Of a stretch of 64,000 bases of DNA, positions 38,419-48,689 are shown piece by piece (position 1 is the first letter of the stretch; every line of letters begins with the position of its first letter). Source of the stretch: Candidatus Poseidoniaceae archaeon (GTDB lineage: Archaea > Thermoplasmatota > Poseidoniia > Poseidoniales > Poseidoniaceae). The DNA lies in assembly GCA_965662895.1 (NCBI GenBank), contig CBFIJH010000002.1:96001-160000 (forward strand), written 5' to 3'. The notes under the pieces were generated by a model that did no database searches, was not told the DNA's origin, and saw only the letters and a program-made list of their open reading frames with translations. The position numbers and the translations under genes were made by a program.

Positions 38419-38700
38419 TCTTTGTTCCAGGTGATGACACTTGAATCATGGTCGAACGGCATTGTTCGGCAGTTGATTGAAGAAGAAGGTTGGTGGGTTG
38501 GCTTTTATTTCGTTATCTTCATCTTCATGACGACATTCACATTCCTCAACATGTTTGTTGCTATCTTCACAAATACCGTTGTTGCATTGGAAGCTGACTC
38601 TGAGGAAGGTATCAACAGTGAAGTTCGCAAGATACAATCCCAACTTGATGTTCTGGTTGATGAAATTAAGCAGTTGCGAGCAGGGCTCGAAGAAGAGTGA
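38419..38700 (+). pseudogene. Truncated bacterial-type voltage-gated Na+ channel (P-loop, S6 and coiled coil only)
   Basis: SLFQVMTLESWSNGIVRQL...FLNMFVAIF plus C-terminal coiled coil; S1-S5 are absent. Confidence 0.75.
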
Positions 38701-39201
38701 TTACCACTCTGAATCGAAAATGGCACTCTCGTCTTTGAACGATTTGAATTCAAGATGATTTCCTGCAGGATCGACAATGAACATGGTTGCTTGTGATCCG
38801 GGCTGATCTTCGTATCGAGTGTATGGGCCGATAACAAATTCAACACCGTTTTTGGCAAGTTTGTCTTTGAGCTGATGCCAATCGTTCCATTCCATAACGA
38901 GGCCGAAATGCATCGCGGGGACTTGCTTTCCATCAACTAGATTTGTGGTTAATTCAGGCATATTTGGTACCAAGTGTGCAACGATTTGATGGCCGAAGAA
39001 CTTGAACACACACGATTCTTCTTTCTCTCGACCTGTTGTACAACCGAGAACGTTGACGTAGAATTGCTTTGCTTTTTCTAAATCATTAACAGGAAAGGCG
39101 AGATGGAAAGGACGGAGTTTCTTTGGTGGAGAATAATCGGTACCACAACTCCGACAGACGTCGTTTTCGTCCCAATCGCATTGCCGAATGCAACCTGCCA
39201 A
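38701..39201 (-). CDS. VOC/glyoxalase family protein with N-terminal Cys-rich motif
   Basis: PFHLAFPV, HQIVAH, HFG, QATMFIVDPAGNHLEFK; probable TTG start at 39201. Confidence 0.85.
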   Translation of the reverse strand: MAGCIRQCDWDENDVCRSCGTDYSPPKKLRPFHLAFPVNDLEKAKQFYVNVLGCTTGREKEESCVFKFFGHQIVAHLVPNMPELTTNLVDGKQVPAMHFGLVMEWNDWHQLKDKLAKNGVEFVIGPYTRYEDQPGSQATMFIVDPAGNHLEFKSFKDESAIFDSEW

Positions 39202-39205
39202 CCCA

Positions 39206-39745
39206 TCACTTCCATTTGACTGAGCAGCCAATGGAATCTGTGGATTGAACCACTGGTGTCGATCCAGCAAGCATAGCATCGATGGCATCCTTCAACTCAC
39301 TGGTCGTCACTTTTGTAGGGTCTCGAGGGCTATCATCCATGCGTCCATGGTACGTGACGACTCCATTTGCGTCGAGCAAGAAAAATTCGGGTGTTCGCTG
39401 AGCTCCCCAAGCGGTTGCAACGTCTTGTGTACTATCATGGAGGTATGCGTACGGCATCCCTTTATCCGCCCTTTTGACCATGTTCTCAAAAGAGTCGACA
39501 GGATAATTGTCTGGGTCGTTTGAATTGATTCCGACAAATCCGATGCCGTTGACGTTACAATATTCTGCCATGTTGTTCATTCTGTCGATGCTGGCGATTA
39601 CGTATGGGCAATGATTGCATTCGAATACAACGACGCAACCATTTGATTTCATTGAGGAACTCAAAGAAGCGAGTTCTCCTCCGATGGATGCGTTTGCATT
39701 TTTTAGATTGAATTTAGGAGCCGTGTTGCCAATCTGGAGGGGCAT
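39206..39745 (-). CDS. Thioredoxin family (AhpC/TSA-like) protein
   Basis: CNHCPYV, INSND, TPEFF, GCSVKWK. Confidence 0.92.
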   Translation of the reverse strand: MPLQIGNTAPKFNLKNANASIGGELASLSSSMKSNGCVVVFECNHCPYVIASIDRMNNMAEYCNVNGIGFVGINSNDPDNYPVDSFENMVKRADKGMPYAYLHDSTQDVATAWGAQRTPEFFLLDANGVVTYHGRMDDSPRDPTKVTTSELKDAIDAMLAGSTPVVQSTDSIGCSVKWK

Positions 39746-39787
39746 ACTTACGCCTCACTGAAGTTATTGATATGTGTTCGCTTATGT

Positions 39788-42061
39788 TCATGTGGTAGCG
39801 AGTTGCTGTTCGCATTGCTTCAAACGATGCCGAGCAATTGGGTGATTGGGCTCCAAAGCAAGTACGCCTCTCCACGCAGCCATGGCTTGGTCGACATTGT
39901 TCATCGCGTGATAAATAGCGGCTGCTTGCAAGCGCGCATTGATGTTGCTACCATCTGCTCGAATGGCAGCCTCAAAATCACTGAGTGCCGCTTCGTGTTT
40001 TTCCCACGCAGAGTACAACATACCTCGCTGATGCCAAGCATCAGCATAGTCCGGGGCAAGACGAAGTGCTTCGTTAATCGGACCTTCAGCCCGCTCGGGA
40101 CGGTCTAATGCGAGGTAGCATGCTCCGAGTTTTGTTAACGCTTGATAGTGATGCGGAGCTTCCTCAAGCACCGATAGGAAACCTTCCTTCGCTTCACTCC
40201 ATTCACCTAAACGAGATTGAGCGTCGGCTCGTGCAAACACTGCAACAGCAAGCTTCGGAGCAAGCGAAAGTAGGATATCAGCATCTTCCTTTGCTTCTAC
40301 GGCTTTGTCGAGTGCAAGGTAGCAACTGATTCGATTAAGCCGTGCTCGAATGTGTTTTGGATTTTCATTTAACGTATCAGAATACATAGCAATGGCCCGT
40401 TCAGGGTCGCCCGATCGAATAGCGATGTTTCCACGAACGTATGCAATCGTCGGCCCCTTGCCTTGTATCTCAGCGGCGTCAATGTATCGTGTAGCTGCAT
40501 GGATGTCGTCGAAATCAATAGCCAACAGAGCAGCTTCGATTGAACAAGATGAATCTGTATCACCCAGCAAACGGCGAGCCCGGGTCAGTGAAACACTCGC
40601 CTCTTCGAGATCTTTCATTAGGCGTTGTGTGCGAGCTAATCCAAGCCAAGCAACACCGAGTTCCCGGTCGAGATTGAGTGCTGCCTCGAAGGACTTGATA
40701 GCAGAACTGAGAAGCAGTTCATCGGTGGTTCCCGTTCCATCTCGTAATCGATCTGCTTTTGCCAAATGCAGCCGACCTTCAACGATGTGAAGTTCTGGAT
40801 GGTCAATCTTTGGAGGTGTCCCATCAAGCAATGCTTGAGCGACCTCAATCCGTCCTTCAGATAATCGTCGGGAAGCCACCGTGCTACGCAGTTCTGCATC
40901 GAGCGGAAATTTCTCAATTGCTTTCTCAAGGGATGTTTCGGCAGCCATAATATCTCCGCTTTCTGCAAGAAGATCAGCCTTGAGAACGATAAGTTCCGCA
41001 CCTCCACAGTCCAATGCAACAGCATGTGTTGCTGCCTTTAGAGCATCTTTTTCTCGTCCCTGCTTAACACTGAGTAACTTTGCTCGTAATGCCCAAGCGT
41101 CACCGATTTGACGGTCCAAATTCAAACAACTATCCACAGCTTCAAGTGCCCGTTCAGATTCTTCTTCCTCATACAATAATTGAGCATATTGGAGCCAATA
41201 ATCTGGCTTTTTGTTATCTTCTGCCAACGCCTGTTCAATCGCATCAATGGCTTCATTTGCCGATCCTGCGCGATGACGAAGTCCTGCGAGTAGTGAGCGA
41301 TCAGCCGGCGTGTCCAGTCCCAACGCTTCCAAACGGAGGACGTCCTTCTCTGCGTTTCCATCACCCTGTTGAACAAGAATATGCGCGTGCGTACGCAACA
41401 ACTCAGGGTTGTCTGGGTCAAGTTGCAATTGCGATTCTAGCCAGTGGAGTCTTAGTACACCATCTCCTTTCAGTATTGCAACCTTTTCTAATCCCCTCAA
41501 TACAACTACATTTCCTGGTAGAGCCTGATGGGCAACACCCAATGCATTCTCAGCCCACGATAGGTTCTGAAGAGAAAGGGCGCACAAACCAACTTGCAAG
41601 GCCTGCCGTCCATCAAGATCAAGAGCACGCACATTTACCGAATTTTGATAAAAAACAGTAAAGAGCCTTTTCGCCATTTCGGATTGCATTGGTGACAGTT
41701 GTACATCCATATCGTTGAGCGGTACTGATGAACAAACAGCCTCAATAGCATGATGCGCTAATTCCGGCGAGAATTGTCCATTTTCGAGTGTTTCAATCGC
41801 TTGATAGGCTCGAATTCCATGATTCACATCTGGATGCGTTGCACGTACAGCGTTGAGAAGTGAATCGTATTCCTCGATTTTGTTTTGCAATGAAATCAAC
41901 GTCTCAGTTGTTTGTTTGGCATGAGCGCCTTGTGACTCAGAGAGGACGAGTGTTCGATCTGAAACCCTCTGCAAAGCCGCTTTTGCGTGATACAGGTTCC
42001 AAGAGAGGGCAAAACCTGCACCGATTGAAAGTCCAATGATAATGAAGGAAATTGGTTCCAT
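39788..42061 (-). CDS. Membrane-anchored TPR protein
   Basis: N-terminal TM segment and many TPR-like repeats. Confidence 0.88.
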   Translation of the reverse strand: MEPISFIIIGLSIGAGFALSWNLYHAKAALQRVSDRTLVLSESQGAHAKQTTETLISLQNKIEEYDSLLNAVRATHPDVNHGIRAYQAIETLENGQFSPELAHHAIEAVCSSVPLNDMDVQLSPMQSEMAKRLFTVFYQNSVNVRALDLDGRQALQVGLCALSLQNLSWAENALGVAHQALPGNVVVLRGLEKVAILKGDGVLRLHWLESQLQLDPDNPELLRTHAHILVQQGDGNAEKDVLRLEALGLDTPADRSLLAGLRHRAGSANEAIDAIEQALAEDNKKPDYWLQYAQLLYEEEESERALEAVDSCLNLDRQIGDAWALRAKLLSVKQGREKDALKAATHAVALDCGGAELIVLKADLLAESGDIMAAETSLEKAIEKFPLDAELRSTVASRRLSEGRIEVAQALLDGTPPKIDHPELHIVEGRLHLAKADRLRDGTGTTDELLLSSAIKSFEAALNLDRELGVAWLGLARTQRLMKDLEEASVSLTRARRLLGDTDSSCSIEAALLAIDFDDIHAATRYIDAAEIQGKGPTIAYVRGNIAIRSGDPERAIAMYSDTLNENPKHIRARLNRISCYLALDKAVEAKEDADILLSLAPKLAVAVFARADAQSRLGEWSEAKEGFLSVLEEAPHHYQALTKLGACYLALDRPERAEGPINEALRLAPDYADAWHQRGMLYSAWEKHEAALSDFEAAIRADGSNINARLQAAAIYHAMNNVDQAMAAWRGVLALEPNHPIARHRLKQCEQQLATT

Positions 42062-42234
42062 TGCTTGTTTAGTTGTCCAAGTGCCTTTATGTTCTGCGGT
42101 CTTGGTGAACCTATTGACCCCTATTTCCAGACCCTTTGGTGAAACCCAAACAGGTCTATTTTTTGAGAAAATTGCTGGATTTTCGGCTCACATTGAAAAC
42201 CTATGTGAAAATATGCGTTTTTTGAGGAGAGGGC

Positions 42235-44907
42235 ATGAGTAGTGATGGCGTCTCCGAAGAACGAGTAAACATAGAACCGTACATTGAGCGATGGAAAGAA
42301 TCCGGTCTCGGCGAATTAATGTTTGAAAATCTAAACATAAACTCAGTTTCAGACTTGGAGCGTCTACAAGCAACCGTCGAATCAATAATTTCCCTCATCC
42401 AAAGACTCCAGCCTTTCATTGCTTCAGAGAAAATCCAACAAATGCGCCATGATTTGAACGAAATCAAGAATCTTGAAGATGTCAGTCACCAATTCCATGC
42501 TTGGACATCCACTCACGCTCCATGGGAGGAAGGTTACTTCCGATACTACCAAAATTGGTCAGAGCAGAACGAAACGAGGGCACAGTATTGGAACATCATT
42601 GCCATATGTGCAACGCTTGATGAATCGAGTTGGCCATCGTTGAATCTTTTCCTTCCACTTTTCTCAAACCCAGAGAACCATTCTGAAATTATGATTCAAC
42701 TGGAAAAGCTGGTGGACGATGAACAGCGTCAACGCCTTCTTCTCGAAAAAGCAGTTTCTCAACTCAACGACAAAGGATTTACCGTCGAATTCGAAACAAC
42801 GAAAATCATCGATCAATTCAACGAGGTGGAAAAAATGCAAAACTTCTCTGCCCAAATCGCACTCCTTGAACTGGAAATACAATCCTCCATCTTACCGTAC
42901 GACCCGGTTCTTGCTGAAACTTTTACAAATCGGCTTGAAGAATGCATTAAGAATCCTTCAAATGATATTTCAACATTGGAAGAGAATGTGCAAACAATTT
43001 CCAAACATCTCAAATCACGATTGAATGATATGAACGCACTGCTCCAAAAATGGAGGTCAGAGGGCTATTCATTCGAAGAACGTTCCACAATTCCACCTGA
43101 AGAATTACTCGAGTGGGAGCATCTTTTACCTGAGATTGAACAGCAATATCACCGTCATGTGAATGCTTACCAACGCTGGGAAGAAATTGTAAAGTTGTGG
43201 GATATCGAAGATTCATCCATTGATCGTATTGCAGGAAGGTTGGAACACACAGACACCTTCCTAGAGAAGATTGATTCCTTAGAACAAGAGTGGACAAAAA
43301 ATGAATTGCAAGGGGCATCTCTTATTGAGCGATGGGAGCAACTTGGCTTTGAGATGGACATTTGGCGATACAAAATCACTCAGGATCCGCGCCAGGCGCT
43401 CGCTGAACTCAACCAACAAATTCCTTTCCTTGAACGAGCAAATGAGATTCTCGACAGGGTTCTTCATCTCGACACATCTCTTGGTGGTGAAGATGAGGTA
43501 GAACGTAGGACAGCAATTCTTCGAACATTGGAACTGGATGACGATCTACTCGATGAGATGGAAAACTGGATTGATAAAAAGACACTGCGAAATACGCGAC
43601 ATCGCCGTATGCTACAAAGTGAGTGGGAGAAGGCTGCAAGAGAAGGAAAAGTTGAGGCTGGTAAAACTTTTTCAGATCTTCATTCCTTTGAACAGGCGAT
43701 TGCTTCAATCGAACATCAATCACGATACAGTTTTGCGAGTAGCACGACTTCTCACGCCATAGAGCGGACCAAGGCCGAGCTTTTGCGTCTTGAAGAACGT
43801 GGTTGGAACATCACAGAATTGCTACAACTCCTCAATAAGCAACCCGATACCTTCTTTCAACAATTTCCAAAGGCAATGGAAGCCATGTCACGTATCGCAT
43901 CAACACAACGTCGAATTGCTAATCTCGACTGGCGACGTGATGTGAATCGTGCTGGGGAAATTACTCTACATGTTCGTAATCCATTACAATTGGTCAAAAT
44001 TGAACAACAAATTCCAGCATTCATCCGTCATCTTGCAGAACGAGATATCGAAGATGAAGATTACACATACACCACTTGGCTTCCTGAAAAGCGACCTATT
44101 CTCGTCCCTCGTGAACAATCACGAATACGAAAAGTGCCTGCAAAAGTCCAGCCTCAATCAACTCTTGAAGAGGCTCATGAAGCGATGCTTGAAGCGATGG
44201 ACTCCAAGTCATCGCCAGATGTTGAAGAGGTAGAAACGGTCCCGAACATTGAGGAAGCCCACAACGAAGCAACGCAAGAGGAGTGGCGGCCCCCGGATAC
44301 GAATCACTTGCACGATGATGGTGTGTCGGACGAGGACATCAAAACCATGGCAAAAGAAGAAGAACGTGTTGGAGTAGAGCCGAAAACAGTTGTTGCACCA
44401 GCATCTACCACAGGTGTCGAAGGTGATCTAACCCCCTATGAACGCCTTCTTCGTCATATCGGTTTATCGGAAGAGGCAGATATTCTCGCCGGTTCGAGAG
44501 ATGTTTCTGTTGTACGAAGAGCCTTAGCGTCGCATGTTGGCACTGAGCCTCGCGATGTTCGAGTCGATCGATTGCTTCGATTGATGTTGCGTCTTCTTCC
44601 TCAAGGTGACCTAGGAGATCGTGAACGATCAGAGTTAATTGACGCAATCAGCGAGGCCCTTCCAAAGTACAACCAATGGGTTCGAATGCGCCTCGAATCA
44701 AGGCATATGGGCGCATCTGGGACATTCTTTGAGGATGCGAACCGATTAGGTACAGCTTTGCATAGAGTACCTGGACCTGGCGTTCGTGTACCTCTCAATG
44801 CAGATACATATGTGCTTCCTGAACCATCGAATTTGAACGAATTACGCCAACAAACACAACGGTTAATCCAATCGATGAATCTTCCCGCTGCTGGTGGAAT
44901 CAACTAA
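42235..44907 (+). CDS. Large helical hypothetical protein
   Basis: 890-aa ORF, helical/coiled-coil, recurring (W/L)xxxG(F/Y/W) turns. Confidence 0.8.
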   Translation: MSSDGVSEERVNIEPYIERWKESGLGELMFENLNINSVSDLERLQATVESIISLIQRLQPFIASEKIQQMRHDLNEIKNLEDVSHQFHAWTSTHAPWEEGYFRYYQNWSEQNETRAQYWNIIAICATLDESSWPSLNLFLPLFSNPENHSEIMIQLEKLVDDEQRQRLLLEKAVSQLNDKGFTVEFETTKIIDQFNEVEKMQNFSAQIALLELEIQSSILPYDPVLAETFTNRLEECIKNPSNDISTLEENVQTISKHLKSRLNDMNALLQKWRSEGYSFEERSTIPPEELLEWEHLLPEIEQQYHRHVNAYQRWEEIVKLWDIEDSSIDRIAGRLEHTDTFLEKIDSLEQEWTKNELQGASLIERWEQLGFEMDIWRYKITQDPRQALAELNQQIPFLERANEILDRVLHLDTSLGGEDEVERRTAILRTLELDDDLLDEMENWIDKKTLRNTRHRRMLQSEWEKAAREGKVEAGKTFSDLHSFEQAIASIEHQSRYSFASSTTSHAIERTKAELLRLEERGWNITELLQLLNKQPDTFFQQFPKAMEAMSRIASTQRRIANLDWRRDVNRAGEITLHVRNPLQLVKIEQQIPAFIRHLAERDIEDEDYTYTTWLPEKRPILVPREQSRIRKVPAKVQPQSTLEEAHEAMLEAMDSKSSPDVEEVETVPNIEEAHNEATQEEWRPPDTNHLHDDGVSDEDIKTMAKEEERVGVEPKTVVAPASTTGVEGDLTPYERLLRHIGLSEEADILAGSRDVSVVRRALASHVGTEPRDVRVDRLLRLMLRLLPQGDLGDRERSELIDAISEALPKYNQWVRMRLESRHMGASGTFFEDANRLGTALHRVPGPGVRVPLNADTYVLPEPSNLNELRQQTQRLIQSMNLPAAGGIN

Positions 44908-46032
44908 TCAGGACAATTCATCAAGAAGTGCATCTTGTTCTTCCTGCGAAATTGATGGTTCCTCGCTCGGTGTTGCTTGAACGGCAACCCGTGGGGCTTC
45001 AGGCATTGGCATGTTGAGTGGAACCGGCTGATTTATTCCAGGAGGACTTGATGGAAGCGGGGCAATTGGTGGCGGTAATGGCGCAGGCATCGCTGCGTTG
45101 ACGACAGGCGGTGGTACAGGACTTGGCGGACTTATTGGTGGTGCAAGTGGAGGTGGAAGTGGAGCGGGAACCGGTTCTGGAGGAACCGGTGCCGATACTG
45201 GTGGACCCATAGGTACTGGCATTTCCTGCATGGGAGTTTCATTGGCATCAAGCACTGCTTCTGGAGCGTTTGTTGCGTCAATCACCCCCGGTGTTTGCAA
45301 AGGAACAATTTCGACTGGTGCGACAGATTCGGTTAATTGTGGTGCAATCGGTTGCTCGATCGTTGGAACGATTGGAGACCGAAGTTGCTTGTGTAAGTTA
45401 TTTATTTCAGAAACATCAAAATGACCCATGCGCATGTAATCGGCCATTGTCGGACCAATCAACGCCATGCTTGCCCGGAATCCTGGAGTAAAGACATTCC
45501 AAGCCGACAATTCAATTTCATGAGAATTGCCGCAAGAGGAAAAGATAAGTCGGTGCTTTGCCAAATGTGCTGGAAGAAATTTCAATCCAACAAAGAACAA
45601 ACCGAGTCCTAAAACAATAGGAGTCAGTCCTTGAATCATCATCAATAGAATTCCTGCAAGTACGAACCCTCCTGAAAGGCCGAATTCAATGGATGTAGGC
45701 TTCTCAATAATATGTTGAAATCCTGTTATCTCAGAGTCCATGACCAGCTGAACATCAATCCTCGGCCCATCTTGATGCAATGTTGTTTCTACGATTCGAA
45801 ATAAGCCATTCCCAACAACAATCGACGTAGAATTTGCACCATCTTTCGATTCGACCAACGGGAATTCTTCAACCTCTTCTTTGTTGTTGTGAAACAGCGG
45901 TTTTGCACGTATTGGAAGGGCAAGCGCATCCATCGTTTCAAATGGTTCAGCAGGAATTTCTTCGACTTCCTCTTGATGAACAGACTCTTCGTTTTCGCCA
46001 TCCACAACGAGCGGTTCGGCATGTTCTTCCAT
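44908..46032 (-). CDS. Two-TM protein with Pro-rich C-terminus
   Basis: Hydrophobic hairpin and PPP-rich tail; SD GGTGA upstream. Confidence 0.78.
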   Translation of the reverse strand: MEEHAEPLVVDGENEESVHQEEVEEIPAEPFETMDALALPIRAKPLFHNNKEEVEEFPLVESKDGANSTSIVVGNGLFRIVETTLHQDGPRIDVQLVMDSEITGFQHIIEKPTSIEFGLSGGFVLAGILLMMIQGLTPIVLGLGLFFVGLKFLPAHLAKHRLIFSSCGNSHEIELSAWNVFTPGFRASMALIGPTMADYMRMGHFDVSEINNLHKQLRSPIVPTIEQPIAPQLTESVAPVEIVPLQTPGVIDATNAPEAVLDANETPMQEMPVPMGPPVSAPVPPEPVPAPLPPPLAPPISPPSPVPPPVVNAAMPAPLPPPIAPLPSSPPGINQPVPLNMPMPEAPRVAVQATPSEEPSISQEEQDALLDELS

Positions 46033-46072
46033 GTTCTCACCTTAATGGAACAATAAAATCAAGGTAACGGAA

Positions 46073-47302
46073 TCATCGATGTGTTTCAGAAAACCATGAT
46101 TTTGCGCCACTTTTCACATCAAATCCTTTTCCGGGCTTGGTTCCAACAACCGTAGAAATGGATGCTTCTGCAGCAATTTCTTGGATTCGATCGCTGATTG
46201 GTCCATTGATAATCAGGGCCTGAACCCCCTCACTTGCCGCCGCAGACTTGGCTATTGATCCGGCGCCCATTTCTTCGCTTACAGTACCATCGGATAAGAC
46301 AAACATCGCCTTATTCCTTCCTAATCCATCTTGATGATCAAACATTTCTTGGATTTCGGCTGGCGCGATTTCAGACTCATAGACTTCGGACATTTCCTCA
46401 GCCCATTCATCATTCTTCCCGCCGTGTTTCTTTGCATCTTCCTCGTCTTGAGCCTTCATGGTCTTCGCAAATTTTGCTGCATCGACCTTCATCGAGAGGC
46501 ATTTTGTAATCGTCTTCTGAGGAAGGAGCTCCCACTCCTGTCCAACTGGTGCTTGTGCAACGAAGCCAATCTTCAAGATAGCGTTCAATTGCCTGAACAA
46601 CATTTCGCCGCCACGGTCACCGTCAATTGCAAGCGTAACGGATTGCTTTCCATTCGCTAAGTCAATCAACTCTTGTTTGATGTTCCCTGCACCATCTGCG
46701 CTGATAGCATTTTTCACACCACAGTTTAGCAAATTGATGACATCGTTCCGTCCTTCAACAATAATCAATGAGTCAGAACTTTCCACATTCGGGCCACAGG
46801 TCAAACCGTGAAAATTGGTAGCGGTTCCCACGGTCAAGACAGAGCGAACTTCCTCAACCACGGTTTTGCTTGCAGCTTCGCCAGAGTTGACCAAAGCGAG
46901 GAGCAACTCCTTTGCACGATCAACAACAGCGGTGCGTTTGGTTGCTCGAACGTCTGATATTTCAACGACTGAAATCTTTGCTTGACATGGGCCGATGCGG
47001 TCGATCGTTTCCAAGGCAGAACCAATAATTGCGGTTTCTACGTTATCCATGCTGCTTGGAATGAGGATCATTCCATGCACCTTTCCGCCTTTGGTTTCCA
47101 TTTCGACATCGACATGTCCCACACGTGCAGTACGCTGGAGTTTTCGAAGTTCGAGATCATCACCGAGTAATCCTTCCGTTTGTCCCATAATTGCACCGAT
47201 AATGTCCTTCCGCTGGACAGTACCGTTGACCTTGATATCGGCCTTTATCATGTACTTCATTGCTTTATTTTGTTTGTTTCCTGAGTTAGTTCTTCGACCC
47301 AT
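46073..47302 (-). CDS. dnaG: Archaeal DnaG-type primase / exosome-associated protein
   Basis: GAIMGQTEGLLG, LETIDRIGPC, TOPRIM IIVEGRND and DGDRGG. Confidence 0.95.
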   Translation of the reverse strand: MGRRTNSGNKQNKAMKYMIKADIKVNGTVQRKDIIGAIMGQTEGLLGDDLELRKLQRTARVGHVDVEMETKGGKVHGMILIPSSMDNVETAIIGSALETIDRIGPCQAKISVVEISDVRATKRTAVVDRAKELLLALVNSGEAASKTVVEEVRSVLTVGTATNFHGLTCGPNVESSDSLIIVEGRNDVINLLNCGVKNAISADGAGNIKQELIDLANGKQSVTLAIDGDRGGEMLFRQLNAILKIGFVAQAPVGQEWELLPQKTITKCLSMKVDAAKFAKTMKAQDEEDAKKHGGKNDEWAEEMSEVYESEIAPAEIQEMFDHQDGLGRNKAMFVLSDGTVSEEMGAGSIAKSAAASEGVQALIINGPISDRIQEIAAEASISTVVGTKPGKGFDVKSGAKSWFSETHR

Positions 47303-47390
47303 ATGAGGTCCTCCTTTCGTCCTCCTCACAGTCGGTGCATCAACCCCAAAAGGGATGCAGTACAACGGTATGACGCAGTCGCCATACCAA
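47303..47390 (-). promoter_or_regulatory. Structured 5' leader of dnaG (three hairpins)
   Basis: Stems at 47367-47388, 47336-47359 and 47304-47328; the last encloses the AGGAGG SD. Confidence 0.45.
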
Positions 47391-47558
47391 GTGAATGTGA
47401 TTCAGCAGTTGTCCGTATATCCCGCCCCTTTTCAATGCATTGGAGAAAATCACCATGAATCTGTAGATTCTATTTCTGTATTCGAATTCTTAAAAAATCA
47501 TGAAAAAATGCAAAAATCGTCGCGTGGGTTCAAGAAGAGGTTCTTCTTACGTCAGCGC

Positions 47559-48044
47559 GTGTCCGCCGAGTCCGTTTACCGCCTCGCTGCGTTTCGTAGT
47601 ACAATCGAGGTGATGTTACTCGACGGCGTCCTCACTCGTGAAGAAAAGCGGTTGATTATCCGCTTATCTTCTATCCTCAATCTTGAACCACATCAACCTG
47701 CTGAGATTTATCAAGCAATTCTCAATAATGAAAAAACGGAAGATGGGGATGAACTTACAACCAAAGAGCAACATGAGATATACAAGACAGTTTTTGAGGT
47801 AGCAATCATCAATGCTTCACTATCAAAAGATGAGTTCCGAGTTATGGCTCACTTACGCGATATTTTCTCCATCGATGACCAAGAGCATGACCTCGTTGAG
47901 CGTGAATTGAAAGATATGGTCAAACAACGGTTTGAAGATCCTAATATGGTCGAAAAAACACTTACAACGCTTCGTGATTCGGTTCGAGTGGTTACGACTT
48001 TGTTCGATAATGTTCGGAAGAAGAACAACGGTGAAACGCAATGA
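47559..48044 (+). CDS. TerB-like domain protein
   Basis: DGVLTREEKRLI...LNL and a second LSKDEFRVM...FSI repeat; GTG start inferred. Confidence 0.65.
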   Translation: MSAESVYRLAAFRSTIEVMLLDGVLTREEKRLIIRLSSILNLEPHQPAEIYQAILNNEKTEDGDELTTKEQHEIYKTVFEVAIINASLSKDEFRVMAHLRDIFSIDDQEHDLVERELKDMVKQRFEDPNMVEKTLTTLRDSVRVVTTLFDNVRKKNNGETQ

Positions 48045-48664
48045 GCACGCCCTCACTTGACGATTATCTGGCCGGTTTTTCCTCGTTCCCAAACCGTCGT
48101 AAAAAGCGAATGCTCCTGCTCCGAGAAGCCTACACATTTGGCGTTCCTGGGATGATAACAAAATCCATGACAGATCGCCTAGCGCAATCGGGCCATTATT
48201 CATTCCACATTGGAACCCCAGACCCTGAAATGAGGCGCATAGCATCTTGGTTGTTAACAAACGAAAAAGATCGAAAAAAGATTGCGAAATTTATCCCTCA
48301 GATTTGGAAGAGAGGGGGCCGAGAGGATCTGAAACTTGTTGGACTTCTCTTGGCGAATATGTCCGACGATGAGTTGGGTGAAAATGGTTGGACAATCTTT
48401 CTCCATCTCATCCAAAATCGCGTATCGGTTGAAGTCTTCCTTGAGACCGCTGAAGAATTTATTCGCGGAGGTCGCACATTGCCTGATGATGCTTGGATTC
48501 AAGAAGCAGCGGACCAGAGCGTTGTTTGGGCTCAATTGATGATTCTCCTCCTATCGCTTGATGAAAACCGCTGCATTCAACATGAACATCTTGTAAAAAA
48601 TACGCCACAAGGCGGTGAATTGTTTGAACGCATCCGCGACCGCCTTCTTGAACGACTATCTTGA
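48041..48664 (+). CDS. Hypothetical helical-repeat protein (possibly AlkD-like)
   Basis: ATGA overlap with the upstream gene; weak resemblance only (GxxxPEMRRIA, WxxGGRE). Confidence 0.6.
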   Translation: MSTPSLDDYLAGFSSFPNRRKKRMLLLREAYTFGVPGMITKSMTDRLAQSGHYSFHIGTPDPEMRRIASWLLTNEKDRKKIAKFIPQIWKRGGREDLKLVGLLLANMSDDELGENGWTIFLHLIQNRVSVEVFLETAEEFIRGGRTLPDDAWIQEAADQSVVWAQLMILLLSLDENRCIQHEHLVKNTPQGGELFERIRDRLLERLS

Positions 48665-48689
48665 TGAGCCTCACAGTTCTGGTATCATC

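Noticed and set aside
42117-42130. ORB-like half site (minus strand CTGGAAATAGGGGT) in a divergent intergenic region
   Set aside because: Lacks the TCCA half of the dyad, has shorter spacing and no partner box; too weak to call a second origin.
45050-45220. GGT/GGC-rich quasi-repeats
   Set aside because: Explained by Pro-rich coding sequence on the minus strand, not a DNA repeat array.
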